This document shows positions 24,963 through 33,717 of a stretch of DNA of 64,000 nucleotides, one piece after another. Position numbers and translations under genes: made by a program. The notes beneath the pieces were generated by a model. The model was not told where the DNA came from and did not search any database. It saw only the letters and a list, made by a program, of their open reading frames with translations. The DNA comes from an uncultured Acidobacteriota bacterium (GTDB lineage: Bacteria; Acidobacteriota; Terriglobia; Acidiferrales; UBA7541), in NCBI GenBank assembly GCA_963842255.1, contig CAWJGI010000034.1:16601-80600 (forward strand), in the 5' to 3' direction. Every line of letters begins with the position of its first letter. Positions within the stretch are counted from its first letter, which is position 1.

Positions 24963-25642
24963 GCCAGCTCGAGGAAATTGAGTCCATGGAACTGACTCGA
25001 AATCACAATCGGCTGGTTTCCGTCGCGCTATTCACATTCGCGACCCTGGTTTTTTGCTTTCCGGCGAACGCACAACGATACGCGTTCACAAATTCTTCTA
25101 AGCCGTCGCCCGCAGCTACATCCAGCTCAGCTGCGACCACGCCCGTGGTTCGCAATGACGCTGCGGCGGAAGCAGCATTCAAACGCGCCTGGACGGTTTT
25201 CGATTCTCCGCGTTGCCGCAATTGCCATCCGGCTGGCGATGCTCCGCTGCAGGGCGATGACAGTCACGTTCACATGCAAGACGTGAAGCGCGGCGACGAT
25301 GGACACGGCGTATACGGGATGAAGTGCAACACCTGCCACCAGCTGGCGAACCTGTCAGGCGAGGACATGCCTCCTGGAAACCCGAAATGGAGTCTGCCCC
25401 CCGCCAACATGAAGATGGTCATCGTTGGAAAAACTGCCGGAGAGTTTTGCCGCCAGCTGAAAGACCCGGCGCAAAATGGCGGTCGGACGCTGGCGCAAAT
25501 TATTACACATGTCTCCGATGATGACTTGGTGGGTTGGGGTTGGAATCCAGGAGACGGCCGCAGCCTGCCGCCGCTCAGTCGCCAGGATTTTGCAGCAGCT
25601 GTGCGCGAATGGGTGAACGACGGCGCTGCTTGTCCGCAGTAA
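24959..25642 (+). CDS. dihaem c-type cytochrome, putative third subunit of the hydroxylase
   Basis: An ATGA overlap with the upstream stop suggests translational coupling. It has a signal/anchor and two CxxCH motifs (CRNCH, CNTCH). Confidence 0.7.
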   Translation: MSQLEEIESMELTRNHNRLVSVALFTFATLVFCFPANAQRYAFTNSSKPSPAATSSSAATTPVVRNDAAAEAAFKRAWTVFDSPRCRNCHPAGDAPLQGDDSHVHMQDVKRGDDGHGVYGMKCNTCHQLANLSGEDMPPGNPKWSLPPANMKMVIVGKTAGEFCRQLKDPAQNGGRTLAQIITHVSDDDLVGWGWNPGDGRSLPPLSRQDFAAAVREWVNDGAACPQ

Positions 25643-25881
25643 GATTCGGCGACCATGCCCTCGCACATCGCCGTTGTTTGGGTCGTGTCCTGGCTTGACC
25701 CCGTGACGTTCAGTCGCCACTGCACCGCGGTGCATCGCAAAATTTGCGCTTAGCACACCGTAGCCGCTGTTCCCGTGCCCTCCGCGCGTTCATGATGTAT
25801 TAATGTAAATTCTGCGGTTGGGCTGCTACAAAGTTCGTGCGGCCATCAGAGATTTGTTTCAAAGGATCACGTCCGTCCGAG

Positions 25882-27189
25882 ATGACCACCGCTCAACAAC
25901 TCCCTCATGAGCACTTAGCAATTCCCCCGCAATCTCCAACCCCGGGGCCTGTAAGGAAGGTTTTTGCCAAACTCGGCCCAGGTTTGATCACCGGGGCGGC
26001 TGACGACGACCCGTCGGGAATCTCGACGTATTCGGTTGCCGGAGCAGCCTATGGTTACGCCACGCTCTGGATCGCGCTTCTGACTTTTCCATTGATGGCC
26101 GCGGTGCAGCTAATGTGTGCGCGTCTCGGGGTAGTGACAGGACGCGGTCTGGCAGCGTCTGTGCGGACTTATTATCCGCGCTGGGTGCTTTTGGGAGCTT
26201 GCGCGATTCTTGTAATCGCGAACGTCATCAACATTGGCGCTGATCTTGGCGGGATGGCGGAAACTACCCAACTGGTCACCGGAATTCGTCCGCTCTTCTG
26301 GATTCCCGTCTACGCGCTGTTGATCACCGCATTCCTGTTCTGGGGCTCTTATAGGCAATTGGCGCGAATCTTCAAATGGCTGACCTTGGTTTTGTTCGCG
26401 TATATTTTCGCTTCATTTTACGCGCACGTTAATTGGAGGCAGGCATTGGCAGTAACGCTGGTACCTCATATCGAATGGTCCCGCGGATTTCTCTCTGTGC
26501 TGGTGGGGATTCTCGGTACCACAATCTCTCCCTATCTCTTCTTTTGGCAGGCAGCCGAAGAAGTGGAGGAAGTGCAGGCCAACTTGCCCAACCCGGCCAG
26601 ACGCAAACGCGCTACGACTTCGCAGCTAAAAAGCGTGCGCGCCGATACCGTCTTCGGCATGTTTTTCTCCAATCTAATTATGTATTTCATCATTTTAACC
26701 ACTGCTGCCACCTTGCACGCGCACGGGCAAGCAGACATCACCACGGCCAGGCAGGCCGCCGAGGCATTGAGACCTCTTGCTGGCAATGGCGCCTACTTGC
26801 TTTTCACATTAGGGCTGATTGGTGTAGGAATGCTGGGGGTGCCGGTCCTGGTTGGCTCGTGCGCCTATGCGCTCTCAGAGGCAGCAAAGTGGCGTGGTTC
26901 AATGACCGATACACCGAATGAAGCGCCGAATTTCTACGCGGTCATAACTGCAGTGATGGCGACAGGCGCAGCCATGAATTATCTGAGACTCAACGCCGTG
27001 AAAATGCTGTTCTGGTCGGCGGTGATCAATGGGCTGCTCGCTCCGCCGCTCATCCTGCTCGTGATCCTTCTTACCAGCAGCCACAAAGTAATGGGCAAAC
27101 GCGCGAACTCGGCGCTGCTGAATTACTTGGGCTGGGCTACGTTCGCCGTCATGTCAGCTGCCGCGGTGGGTATGTTCCTAACATCTTAA
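25882..27189 (+). CDS. Nramp-family divalent metal cation transporter
   Basis: Contains GPGLITGAADDDPSGISTYS plus about 11 TM spans. Confidence 0.85.
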   Translation: MTTAQQLPHEHLAIPPQSPTPGPVRKVFAKLGPGLITGAADDDPSGISTYSVAGAAYGYATLWIALLTFPLMAAVQLMCARLGVVTGRGLAASVRTYYPRWVLLGACAILVIANVINIGADLGGMAETTQLVTGIRPLFWIPVYALLITAFLFWGSYRQLARIFKWLTLVLFAYIFASFYAHVNWRQALAVTLVPHIEWSRGFLSVLVGILGTTISPYLFFWQAAEEVEEVQANLPNPARRKRATTSQLKSVRADTVFGMFFSNLIMYFIILTTAATLHAHGQADITTARQAAEALRPLAGNGAYLLFTLGLIGVGMLGVPVLVGSCAYALSEAAKWRGSMTDTPNEAPNFYAVITAVMATGAAMNYLRLNAVKMLFWSAVINGLLAPPLILLVILLTSSHKVMGKRANSALLNYLGWATFAVMSAAAVGMFLTS

Positions 27190-28026
27190 ACCCTTCATCG
27201 CTCGTTACGTTTCCCTAGCCTGCTAGTTCCAAAAACGCCGGCGTGACGTTAAAGAAAGTGGACGCCGTTAAGCGGGTCCAGAGACTTAGATTGAATAGTG
27301 TATATCTCGGAAGCGACGGCACTATCCGCGTCACCGGCCGCCCTGGCATTGTGTATATACAGCTCGTCGTTCACGTTAGTGGCACTGAAGGCACGGCCCA
27401 GGGCCGAGGCCGGGACTGCCGAACTCCGACGAATTGATGACCCAGGCGATCCGTTAGTAGTTCCGTTGGGCGAAATCGAAGGTGTCGCGCCAGAAAGCCG
27501 AAAGTGGGCGTCGAAGTTGTGATGCTCGAGAAATTCAGTGTCCCTTGCTAAGCGGAATTGAGGTCAGTGGTCGCCAGGGCCGGCAAAATAGCTGGTGTTT
27601 ATTCCAGTACGCGGGCATGGACCACAGACTGGCGAACTGACCGGTGAAGATTGAACGATTCAGGATCGCTGGAGCAGTCATTGCAGTAGTGAGCCGGAGT
27701 CGGGCGCGGTCATCGCCGAATTTGATCTGCGCCCGGGGATCATTGATCCGTCAAAGAGCGGAACGCCAGGAGGCGCGTATCCTTATTGGGTCTCGATTAA
27801 AGGCAACGAAAAAGCCTACCTTTCCAGTCAGCGCGACCAACCATTTCTTAAGGATCTGACACGAGAGCGTTACATCCTTGCAAGTTACTGAAAAGAGCGT
27901 TTGTGCAGGTGGGCAGAGTAATTTCGGTGCTCTTCAGGAGATCAACCGACGCGTAATCCAATCGGCCTTTACGTGGATGGTCGGTCAAGAAGGAAGTTCA
28001 ATCGATGATTAAACCGCTGCTACGAT

Positions 28027-28103
28027 TGGTGGGCCTGGGTAGACTTGAACTACCGACCTCACCCTTATCAGGGGTGCGCTCTAGCCACCTGAGCTACAGG
28101 CCC
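28027..28103 (-). tRNA. tRNA-Ile (anticodon GAU), CCA encoded
   Basis: The reverse complement GGGCCTGTAGCTCAGGTGGCTAGAGCGCACCCCTGATAAGGGTGAGGTCGGTAGTTCAAGTCTACCCAGGCCCACCA folds as a perfect cloverleaf. The acceptor stem is 7 bp, the anticodon arm is CACCC/GGGTG with loop CTGATAA, and the T arm is GGTAG/CTACC. Confidence 0.95.
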
Positions 28104-28183
28104 GTCAACAACTTACAGACTCTCGGATTTTGCTGGTGTCTGTAGTGGTGTCGATTCGCAGTTCGTTTGGCAAACCACGAATT

Positions 28184-28576
28184 TTACGAATTATAGCTGC
28201 CCAATCGCTCGACCGCAACCAGCTTGTGCTCCGACGCGAGATGGGCATACCTCATTGTCATTTGAATCGTCTTATGGCCCATGAGTGCGGCGATCGTTCG
28301 GGTATCGACTCCCTGCATCGCTAGTCTCGACGGGAATGTGTGACGTAGATCATGCCAAGTGAAATCCCGAAGCCCAGCCGCCTTAACGGCGTCATCGAAC
28401 CAATGACGCGGACCAAGTAGCCGTTCCCCTCCTCGGCCCATGAAGATTGGTCCTTCTGGGTAGATCGAAATAGGTCCGTCTCCGATGCGCTTTTCATAGA
28501 GCCGTTGGAAGGCAGCACGAGCCTCAGCATATGCGTTAATCGCGTAGCACCCATTTATAAAAATATTATGGAAACT
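28184..28576 (-). pseudogene. tyrosine recombinase/integrase, C-terminal catalytic remnant only
   Basis: Contains ..FTWHDLRHTFPSRLAMQGVDTRTIAALMGHKTIQMTMRYAHL (HxxR, GH and catalytic Y). The open frame ends at a stop near 28577 and no N-terminal or core-binding domain is present. It lies 80 nt upstream of tRNA-Ile and is co-directional with it. Confidence 0.75.
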
Positions 28577-28652
28577 TTATTCGTTCTTTACACTCGCCTG
28601 CTTACAATCTGCCCAGACAGTTGGGGTCTTGTGTGACCTAGGAGATGTTGAA

Positions 28653-30347
28653 GTGTTGAAATTTCTGGCAAGACATCGAATTCAATTGATGCTGTTTGTG
28701 TTTTTCTTCACAGCGAGTAGTGACCGCTGCTTCGCACAGAACAATGGACAGGCTTCGGAGCAACAATCACCTCAGTCGATTCAAAGCGAACTCGATGCGA
28801 TGCGAAAGCGTATCGATGAACTGGAAGCGGAGGTCAAAAGTTTAAAAGCGCCAGAACATCCGGCCACGCCTGTGACGACCGCGAAGGCGACCGTGCCGGT
28901 CGCCCCGAATGCTCCAGCGAATGCGCTGCCATCCGCAGCACCGACAGCCGCGGCCACGTCCCCTGCGAGCGCGCCGGTCCAGGCCGAGGTCGCCAAAGTG
29001 GAGCCTTTTTCGGATGCGGATTGGACCTGGCTAAATGGCAATCCGCGCACCAAGGAAATATTTTGGGACACAAAATTCTTTACCCCGGAGATTCGGTCAG
29101 ACGCAGTTTACGTCTACGACTTCAATCATCCCACCGATCACTCCATGGGCGGATCCAGTGAACTATTCCGTTCGCAAGAAGTACAACTGACGCAGCTCGG
29201 CGTGGGCGGCGATTTCCACTACGATAACGTGCGCGCCCGGCTGATGACCCAGTTCGGCATGTATTCAGCGACGACGCCTCGGAACGACCCAAGTCCGGGT
29301 CATGGCCAGTGGGATCTGGTTTCTGCGTATCGCTACATATCGGAAGCGTACGGCGGCTATCACTTCGACAAACTGCACGGAGTGAACGTGGACGCAGGAA
29401 TCTTTTTGTCGTACATCGGATTGTTCAGTTACTACCAATTCGACAATTGGGCCTACCAACCATCATACGTTTCGTCAAACACACCATGGTTCTTTGAGGG
29501 CGTGCGCGTACAGATTTTCCCCACGGCGCACTTGAAGATTGAACCCTGGTTCATCAATGGGTGGCAATCGTATGCGTCGGCGAATCACAGGCCGGGCCTC
29601 GGTGGCCAGATCAAATGGACTCCGAAACCCTGGATCAATGTGATCTCCAACAACTACGGCCTCGGCCGTGATGATCTGTTCATACCCACGCGCAGGCGCA
29701 TCCACACTGACAACAGCATCGAGGTTAAGTATTACGACAGACCCGATAATCTGACTCTCGACAAGATGGCGTTCTCGCTGACCGGCGATGCGGGTTGCGA
29801 ATACGGCGGTGGCGTGAGCTGTTATGGAGATCACCGCGGCGGACCCAAGCAAAGTTTCCTCGGTTATATGCTCTACAACCGCTTCTGGTTTCATCACGAC
29901 TTGTTCGGCCTGACGCTGGGCGGCGGGAAAATCAACAATCCAGGACGATACCTGGTGCTGCTGCCGCCAATCAATGGGGAGAGCGCGATTACGGCATCTA
30001 CAAATTCTCCTTACTTTACGGAGAATCCGGGAAATCCGTTCAAGGCCTGGGACTCATCCATCACGTTTGACTACATGCCCAAGCAGTACATCACCTTCCG
30101 CTGGGAGTACGACTATCGCCATGCGAATGTGCCGTACTGGACTGGCCGTGGTGGCATCACGCCTCCGGGCGGCAATACCGGAACTCCCACAGATTACATT
30201 TGCAATAACGGCGTCTCCTCCGGACAGGAATCGCTGGGCCCTGCGACGACTTTTTGCACGAGCCCATCGCAGAGTTCCAGCGTGTGGTTTCCGGATCTTC
30301 GGAGGGACGAGTCGTTTATCGACATGTCCATTCTGGTCAAATTCTAA
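28653..30347 (+). CDS. outer-membrane beta-barrel porin (OmpL-like bbp2/DUF1597 type) with an N-terminal coiled coil
   Basis: Has a signal peptide, a coiled coil (LDAMRKRIDELEAEVKSLK), the motif PFSDADWTWLNGNPR, alternating beta-strand pattern and a C-terminal F. GTG at 28653 follows GGAG. Confidence 0.7.
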   Translation: MLKFLARHRIQLMLFVFFFTASSDRCFAQNNGQASEQQSPQSIQSELDAMRKRIDELEAEVKSLKAPEHPATPVTTAKATVPVAPNAPANALPSAAPTAAATSPASAPVQAEVAKVEPFSDADWTWLNGNPRTKEIFWDTKFFTPEIRSDAVYVYDFNHPTDHSMGGSSELFRSQEVQLTQLGVGGDFHYDNVRARLMTQFGMYSATTPRNDPSPGHGQWDLVSAYRYISEAYGGYHFDKLHGVNVDAGIFLSYIGLFSYYQFDNWAYQPSYVSSNTPWFFEGVRVQIFPTAHLKIEPWFINGWQSYASANHRPGLGGQIKWTPKPWINVISNNYGLGRDDLFIPTRRRIHTDNSIEVKYYDRPDNLTLDKMAFSLTGDAGCEYGGGVSCYGDHRGGPKQSFLGYMLYNRFWFHHDLFGLTLGGGKINNPGRYLVLLPPINGESAITASTNSPYFTENPGNPFKAWDSSITFDYMPKQYITFRWEYDYRHANVPYWTGRGGITPPGGNTGTPTDYICNNGVSSGQESLGPATTFCTSPSQSSSVWFPDLRRDESFIDMSILVKF

Positions 30348-30448
30348 ATAGGGCTGACCCGGGTGTTGAAGGGGCGTGCCGCAGAATCGGAGGACCAGCG
30401 TTCAGGAAGTTCGTAGCATTCCGTTTTATTAAAGTTGAGGAATAGGAC

Positions 30449-30859
30449 ATGAAAGCTGCCGCGATTCGTGCCATTTCTTTAATCGTGCTGCTCGTCATTC
30501 CCAATATCACTTCGTCGCATCAGCTCAAGGATAGTCCTTTTCAGGGTGACGAAGGCCACTGGGGCGTTGTGAGGTCGGGCTACCTATCCGCTGGGAAGTA
30601 CCTAGCTCTCAAGCCAGACACACAGGGGGCTTACATGGCAGGTATGATCGATGGAATGTATTTAGCCCCAATGTTCGATGCGCCGGATGAAGATAAATAT
30701 TTAGTCAGAATTCGAGTGTGCGTGACTGACGGTGACCTAACGAACACACAAATTGCCGCAATTGTGACGAAATATGCGAAGAAGCGGCCCGACGAATGGC
30801 GGGCGGGTGCGAACGTTGTCGCCTATCAGGCGCTACGAGAATTTTGCCCTGCGATCTAG
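30449..30859 (+). CDS. small secreted protein, Rap1a-like (T6SS-immunity-type fold) by motif
   Basis: Has a signal peptide. YMAGMIDGM...C.TDGDLTNTQIAAIVTKYAKKRPDEW...VVAYQALREFCP matches my recollection of the Rap1a-family pattern. Confidence 0.45.
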   Translation: MKAAAIRAISLIVLLVIPNITSSHQLKDSPFQGDEGHWGVVRSGYLSAGKYLALKPDTQGAYMAGMIDGMYLAPMFDAPDEDKYLVRIRVCVTDGDLTNTQIAAIVTKYAKKRPDEWRAGANVVAYQALREFCPAI

Positions 30860-30939
30860 TCTCAGAAGTGCCTCTGCGCTCGTGCGAATCTCAATTCGAT
30901 AGCCATTTTCCGAAGCGTTACCGGACAGGCTCGTGCCAA

Positions 30940-31095
30940 CGCTTTGGAGGCAAGAACCTCGCAGGGTGCGAATGCCGATGCCGCCCGCGTCCGCGCGCTC
31001 GCCGCCTACAAAGATTTCTTTGCCTCTGGAAAGAAGCCGACCTGGACATCCCCATTCTCATCGCTGCCAAGGCCGAATATGCCAAGCTGCAATGA
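30940..31095 (+). pseudogene. C-terminal remnant of an acidobacterial-type TPR/kinase protein
   Basis: Ends in ..FLCLWKEADLDIPILIAAKAEYAKLQ*. AAYKDF lies in a different frame just upstream, and there is no upstream body. Confidence 0.4.
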
Positions 31096-31180
31096 TTGAG
31101 GGCTAGCTATGATTCTCATCAGGCGAGCCCGGTGAGTCGCGCATCGGCCAAGTAGGCCGAAAAGAATATCTCCGACGCGA

Positions 31181-31516
31181 CTACTGCGTGCCGACGCTGC
31201 AATGCCCGCCTTCTGAGTCCATGAATTGGGCGAGTAAGCCGCCGAAATCTTGTTTTGTCGGTGGCATTGTGAACTGAACTCCCTTTGCGACCATATCTTG
31301 GTGGAATTTCTGGATATCGGGAACCGTAAAGCCCAGTTCAACTGCTCCGGCGGGGTTCTTCGCGCACGCTGGATGCAACGCAAGCCTAGTTTCGCCGGTG
31401 ACAAACTCGCTCCAGTCGGGAGACTCAAACTTCAACTGTAAGCCAAGCACGTCGCGATAAAATTCCACCGCATGGTCCATATCAGCGACAAACTTGATTA
31501 CGTAGCTGAGCTTCAT
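31181..31516 (-). CDS. VOC (glyoxalase/bleomycin-resistance) family protein
   Basis: 111 aa. Contains MKLSYVIKFVADMDHAVEFYRDVLGL...ALH..., typical of a single VOC module. Confidence 0.8.
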   Translation of the reverse strand: MKLSYVIKFVADMDHAVEFYRDVLGLQLKFESPDWSEFVTGETRLALHPACAKNPAGAVELGFTVPDIQKFHQDMVAKGVQFTMPPTKQDFGGLLAQFMDSEGGHCSVGTQ

Positions 31517-31581
31517 GATGGATGCCCTCCGTGCGCGGGAGAATCACCCCGCGTAACATCGCGCTTTGAGTGTGGAATGTT

Positions 31582-31776
31582 TTACATGCTCTTCCGTATG
31601 TGAAACCCTTCATAGGCAAGATAGGCTGCGATGACACACGCGACCGCACTCAGCCACATCGGTACATCCCAGCCGGCGACACTTACCTGCCATTTTAAGG
31701 CGAGCCGCAGCGCGTGAGCGACCGCAACGGCGAGGAAAATTACGCCAGTCAGTAGGGAGAATGTATTCCTGGTCAT
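31582..31776 (-). CDS. small two-TM membrane protein
   Basis: MTRNTFSLLTGVIFLAVAVAHALRL...WLSAVACVIAAYLAYEGF. The internal ATG is preferred over the track start. Confidence 0.45.
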   Translation of the reverse strand: MTRNTFSLLTGVIFLAVAVAHALRLALKWQVSVAGWDVPMWLSAVACVIAAYLAYEGFHIRKSM

Positions 31777-31895
31777 GTGGTCACCCCTAGCAAGGATGGA
31801 AACGCACCGTCTGGCCAACGGAAGATTTAGACATCCAAAACAGACCTAATGGAGTTTTTAGGCTTATTGGCGGAATTGCGCCAGGAACGGGCTTT

Positions 31896-31903
31896 CAAAA
31901 AAC
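31896..31903. repeat. 8-bp target-site duplication, copy 1
   Basis: CAAAAAAC, immediately outside the IR. Confidence 0.85.
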
Positions 31904-31931
31904 GGTTCTGCACAAGAATTCGTAGAGACCC
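31904..31931. repeat. ISL3 terminal inverted repeat (left in window coordinates)
   Basis: GGTTCTGCACAAGAATTCGTAGAGACCC. Confidence 0.85.
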
Positions 31932-31936
31932 GCATT

Positions 31937-33223
31937 TTAGGCCGCTTTCTGAAGAACGATGAATTCGGTCTTTGTGGCCGCCATGCGCTGAGCCTTCAGC
32001 AACAGATAGGCGAGATTTTTGTAGCCGCGACCCCTTCTCAGAAGGGTTTTGATGTTGCCGTTGATGGCTTCCACCACGCCGAAACGTACTTTGGTGCGGC
32101 AGTAATTCAGGATCCCGTCTAGGTGATCCACCAACATCTGGGCGAGTTTTTGAAAGGGCGCCAGCCGTTGCCAGCGCAGTTGATCAATCCAGCTCTGCAA
32201 GTAGCGAAGCATGGCTCCTTCATAACGATACGTCCATAAGCGTTCCAGGCTTTCCTTTAGAAGATAGGCTTTCATCACCCTCCGGTTGAGGGCGAACAGA
32301 TCATTCAATTGTTGTCGTTTTTGCCCGTCCAGATTCATCCAGCGAGTCAGCAGCAGCCAGCGCTTACCCTTCACCACACCGCGCATGCGTCCGCCCTTGC
32401 GGAAGAACTCCGCCCTGCGCACTTCATCGATGGCTTTGTTGGCATGCTGCAGAACGTGGAACTTGTCATACACGATCCGGCAGTTCTGGGCCCAGTGCTC
32501 AATACTGTTGGTGAATGGTCGCCACATATCCACGCACGCCGCCGCAATTCGTTCCCGCTGTGTGGCTTTCAGTTGCGTTCGGAAAAACTCATCCAGTGTT
32601 TCTTGCTTGCGATCCTGCCCGAACCACAAGGGCTCCCCGGTCTCCAAGTTGCTCACCACCGTGATGAATTTCATCTGCTTACCAAAGTAAATCTCGTCCA
32701 CTCCCATCTCCTCTAACGGCGCTTGGCGACGCGTGGCATTCCAGCGCTCTAAGTACCGCAGGTCGATCGCCCGCACCGTGCTAGCTGCCAGTCGGAATTG
32801 TCGGGCCACCTGGCGCACCGAGGCACTTTCGCACGCCGCTCCCACCGCTTCTTCAAAGCGCTGACTGAATGGCGCTTTGCTTGGTAACTGCGGCACCTTT
32901 TCTATCTTCACTCCGCAGTTCGGGCAGCAGACCCGGTAGACTTCGATGACTACCGTTGTCCGAAACTCTCCCCACGGCAGGTCCCGCACCTCACGCTCCC
33001 GGCAATCATGTGCCTCGGTGAACTTCCGCCCGCAGCCGGAGCAGATCAGTTTCCAGTTACCACGTTTGCGCCTCACCCACAGTCGCAGGGTCTTGCCTTT
33101 CTCATCGATCTCCGACTGATAGACCCGGTAACCGGGCCACCTCAGGATTTTCGTGAAATCGTTGTCTCGCATTCGGCAGAGTTTAGCCGAAATACGTTGA
33201 TCGTTGAAAACCCCATCTTTCAA
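31937..33223 (-). CDS. ISL3-family transposase
   Basis: Has an N-terminal zinc ribbon (CSGCG..CPNCG) and the motif MGVDEIYFGKQMKFITVVSNLETGEPLWFGQDRKQETLDEFF. Confidence 0.9.
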   Translation of the reverse strand: MKDGVFNDQRISAKLCRMRDNDFTKILRWPGYRVYQSEIDEKGKTLRLWVRRKRGNWKLICSGCGRKFTEAHDCREREVRDLPWGEFRTTVVIEVYRVCCPNCGVKIEKVPQLPSKAPFSQRFEEAVGAACESASVRQVARQFRLAASTVRAIDLRYLERWNATRRQAPLEEMGVDEIYFGKQMKFITVVSNLETGEPLWFGQDRKQETLDEFFRTQLKATQRERIAAACVDMWRPFTNSIEHWAQNCRIVYDKFHVLQHANKAIDEVRRAEFFRKGGRMRGVVKGKRWLLLTRWMNLDGQKRQQLNDLFALNRRVMKAYLLKESLERLWTYRYEGAMLRYLQSWIDQLRWQRLAPFQKLAQMLVDHLDGILNYCRTKVRFGVVEAINGNIKTLLRRGRGYKNLAYLLLKAQRMAATKTEFIVLQKAA

Positions 33224-33224
33224 A

Positions 33225-33252
33225 GGGTCTTTACGAATTCCTGCTCAGAACC
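33225..33252. repeat. ISL3 terminal inverted repeat (right in window coordinates)
   Basis: The reverse complement is GGTTCTGAGCAGGAATTCGTAAAGACCC. Confidence 0.85.
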
Positions 33253-33472
33253 CAAAAAACAAGCTACACACGGACATCAGTACCATGAGAATTATCCACC
33301 ACATAGGATTCAGAACAGTCCAGATTGCGTAGATGCGGACATCAACCCCCACTGCCCGCGCTGCCGGTTGAATGAGTGGTACGCCGATGCGTTTTAATTG
33401 AAAGGCAATGTAAATGATATTCAAAACTACGAAGGTAACCCCGCCGCACAAAAAGCCTTTGAGGTTTAACAT
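33245..33472 (-). CDS. small membrane protein whose 3' end is replaced by the ISL3 insertion
   Basis: MLNLKGFLCGGVTFVVLNIIYIAF... follows the SD GGAAGGGGAG. The last codons (G F stop) come from the IS inverted repeat. Removing the IS restores ...SLFFESPFLAQFRQ*. Confidence 0.5.
   Translation of the reverse strand: MLNLKGFLCGGVTFVVLNIIYIAFQLKRIGVPLIQPAARAVGVDVRIYAIWTVLNPMWWIILMVLMSVCSLFFGF
33253..33260. repeat. 8-bp target-site duplication, copy 2
   Basis: CAAAAAAC, immediately outside the IR. Confidence 0.85.
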
Positions 33473-33619
33473 TTGGTTTCTTCTCCCCTTCCTTGATTCT
33501 TGGGCCCGTAGCGCCGCCTGTTGTGTGTATATCACAGCCAATTGGGATAAGAGTTCAAAAAACAACAAGCGAATAATAATCAAAGCCCGCGAAAAAGTTT
33601 GTCTCGGTGAAGTCTAGGC

Positions 33620-33712
33620 TTCCTTTTGGCCGGGGCGAAAATACCTTCCCTACCCCTTCCCGGCCGTCGCGTCCTGTACTATGAATCTTCATACGTGGGC
33701 ATCGCGACTGGC
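33620..33712. repeat. ~95-nt dispersed direct repeat, copy A
   Basis: TTCCTTTTGGCCGGGGCGAAAATACC... aligns with copies B and C. Confidence 0.5.
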
Positions 33713-33717
33713 AGCAG

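Larger units (their letters stand above)
31904..33252 (-). mobile_element. ISL3-family insertion sequence, complete (1349 bp)
   Basis: Has a single transposase gene, 28-bp terminal inverted repeats (24/28 identical) and a perfect 8-bp target duplication. Confidence 0.9.

Noticed and set aside
25721-25734. I noted a perfect 14-bp palindrome, TGCACCGCGGTGCA, about 150 nt upstream of the Nramp gene as a possible metalloregulator operator. I also looked for a yybP-ykoY Mn riboswitch.
   Set aside because: The palindrome does not resemble the Fur or MntR boxes I know, and it is GC-rich enough to arise by chance. No riboswitch core is seen. I left it unannotated.
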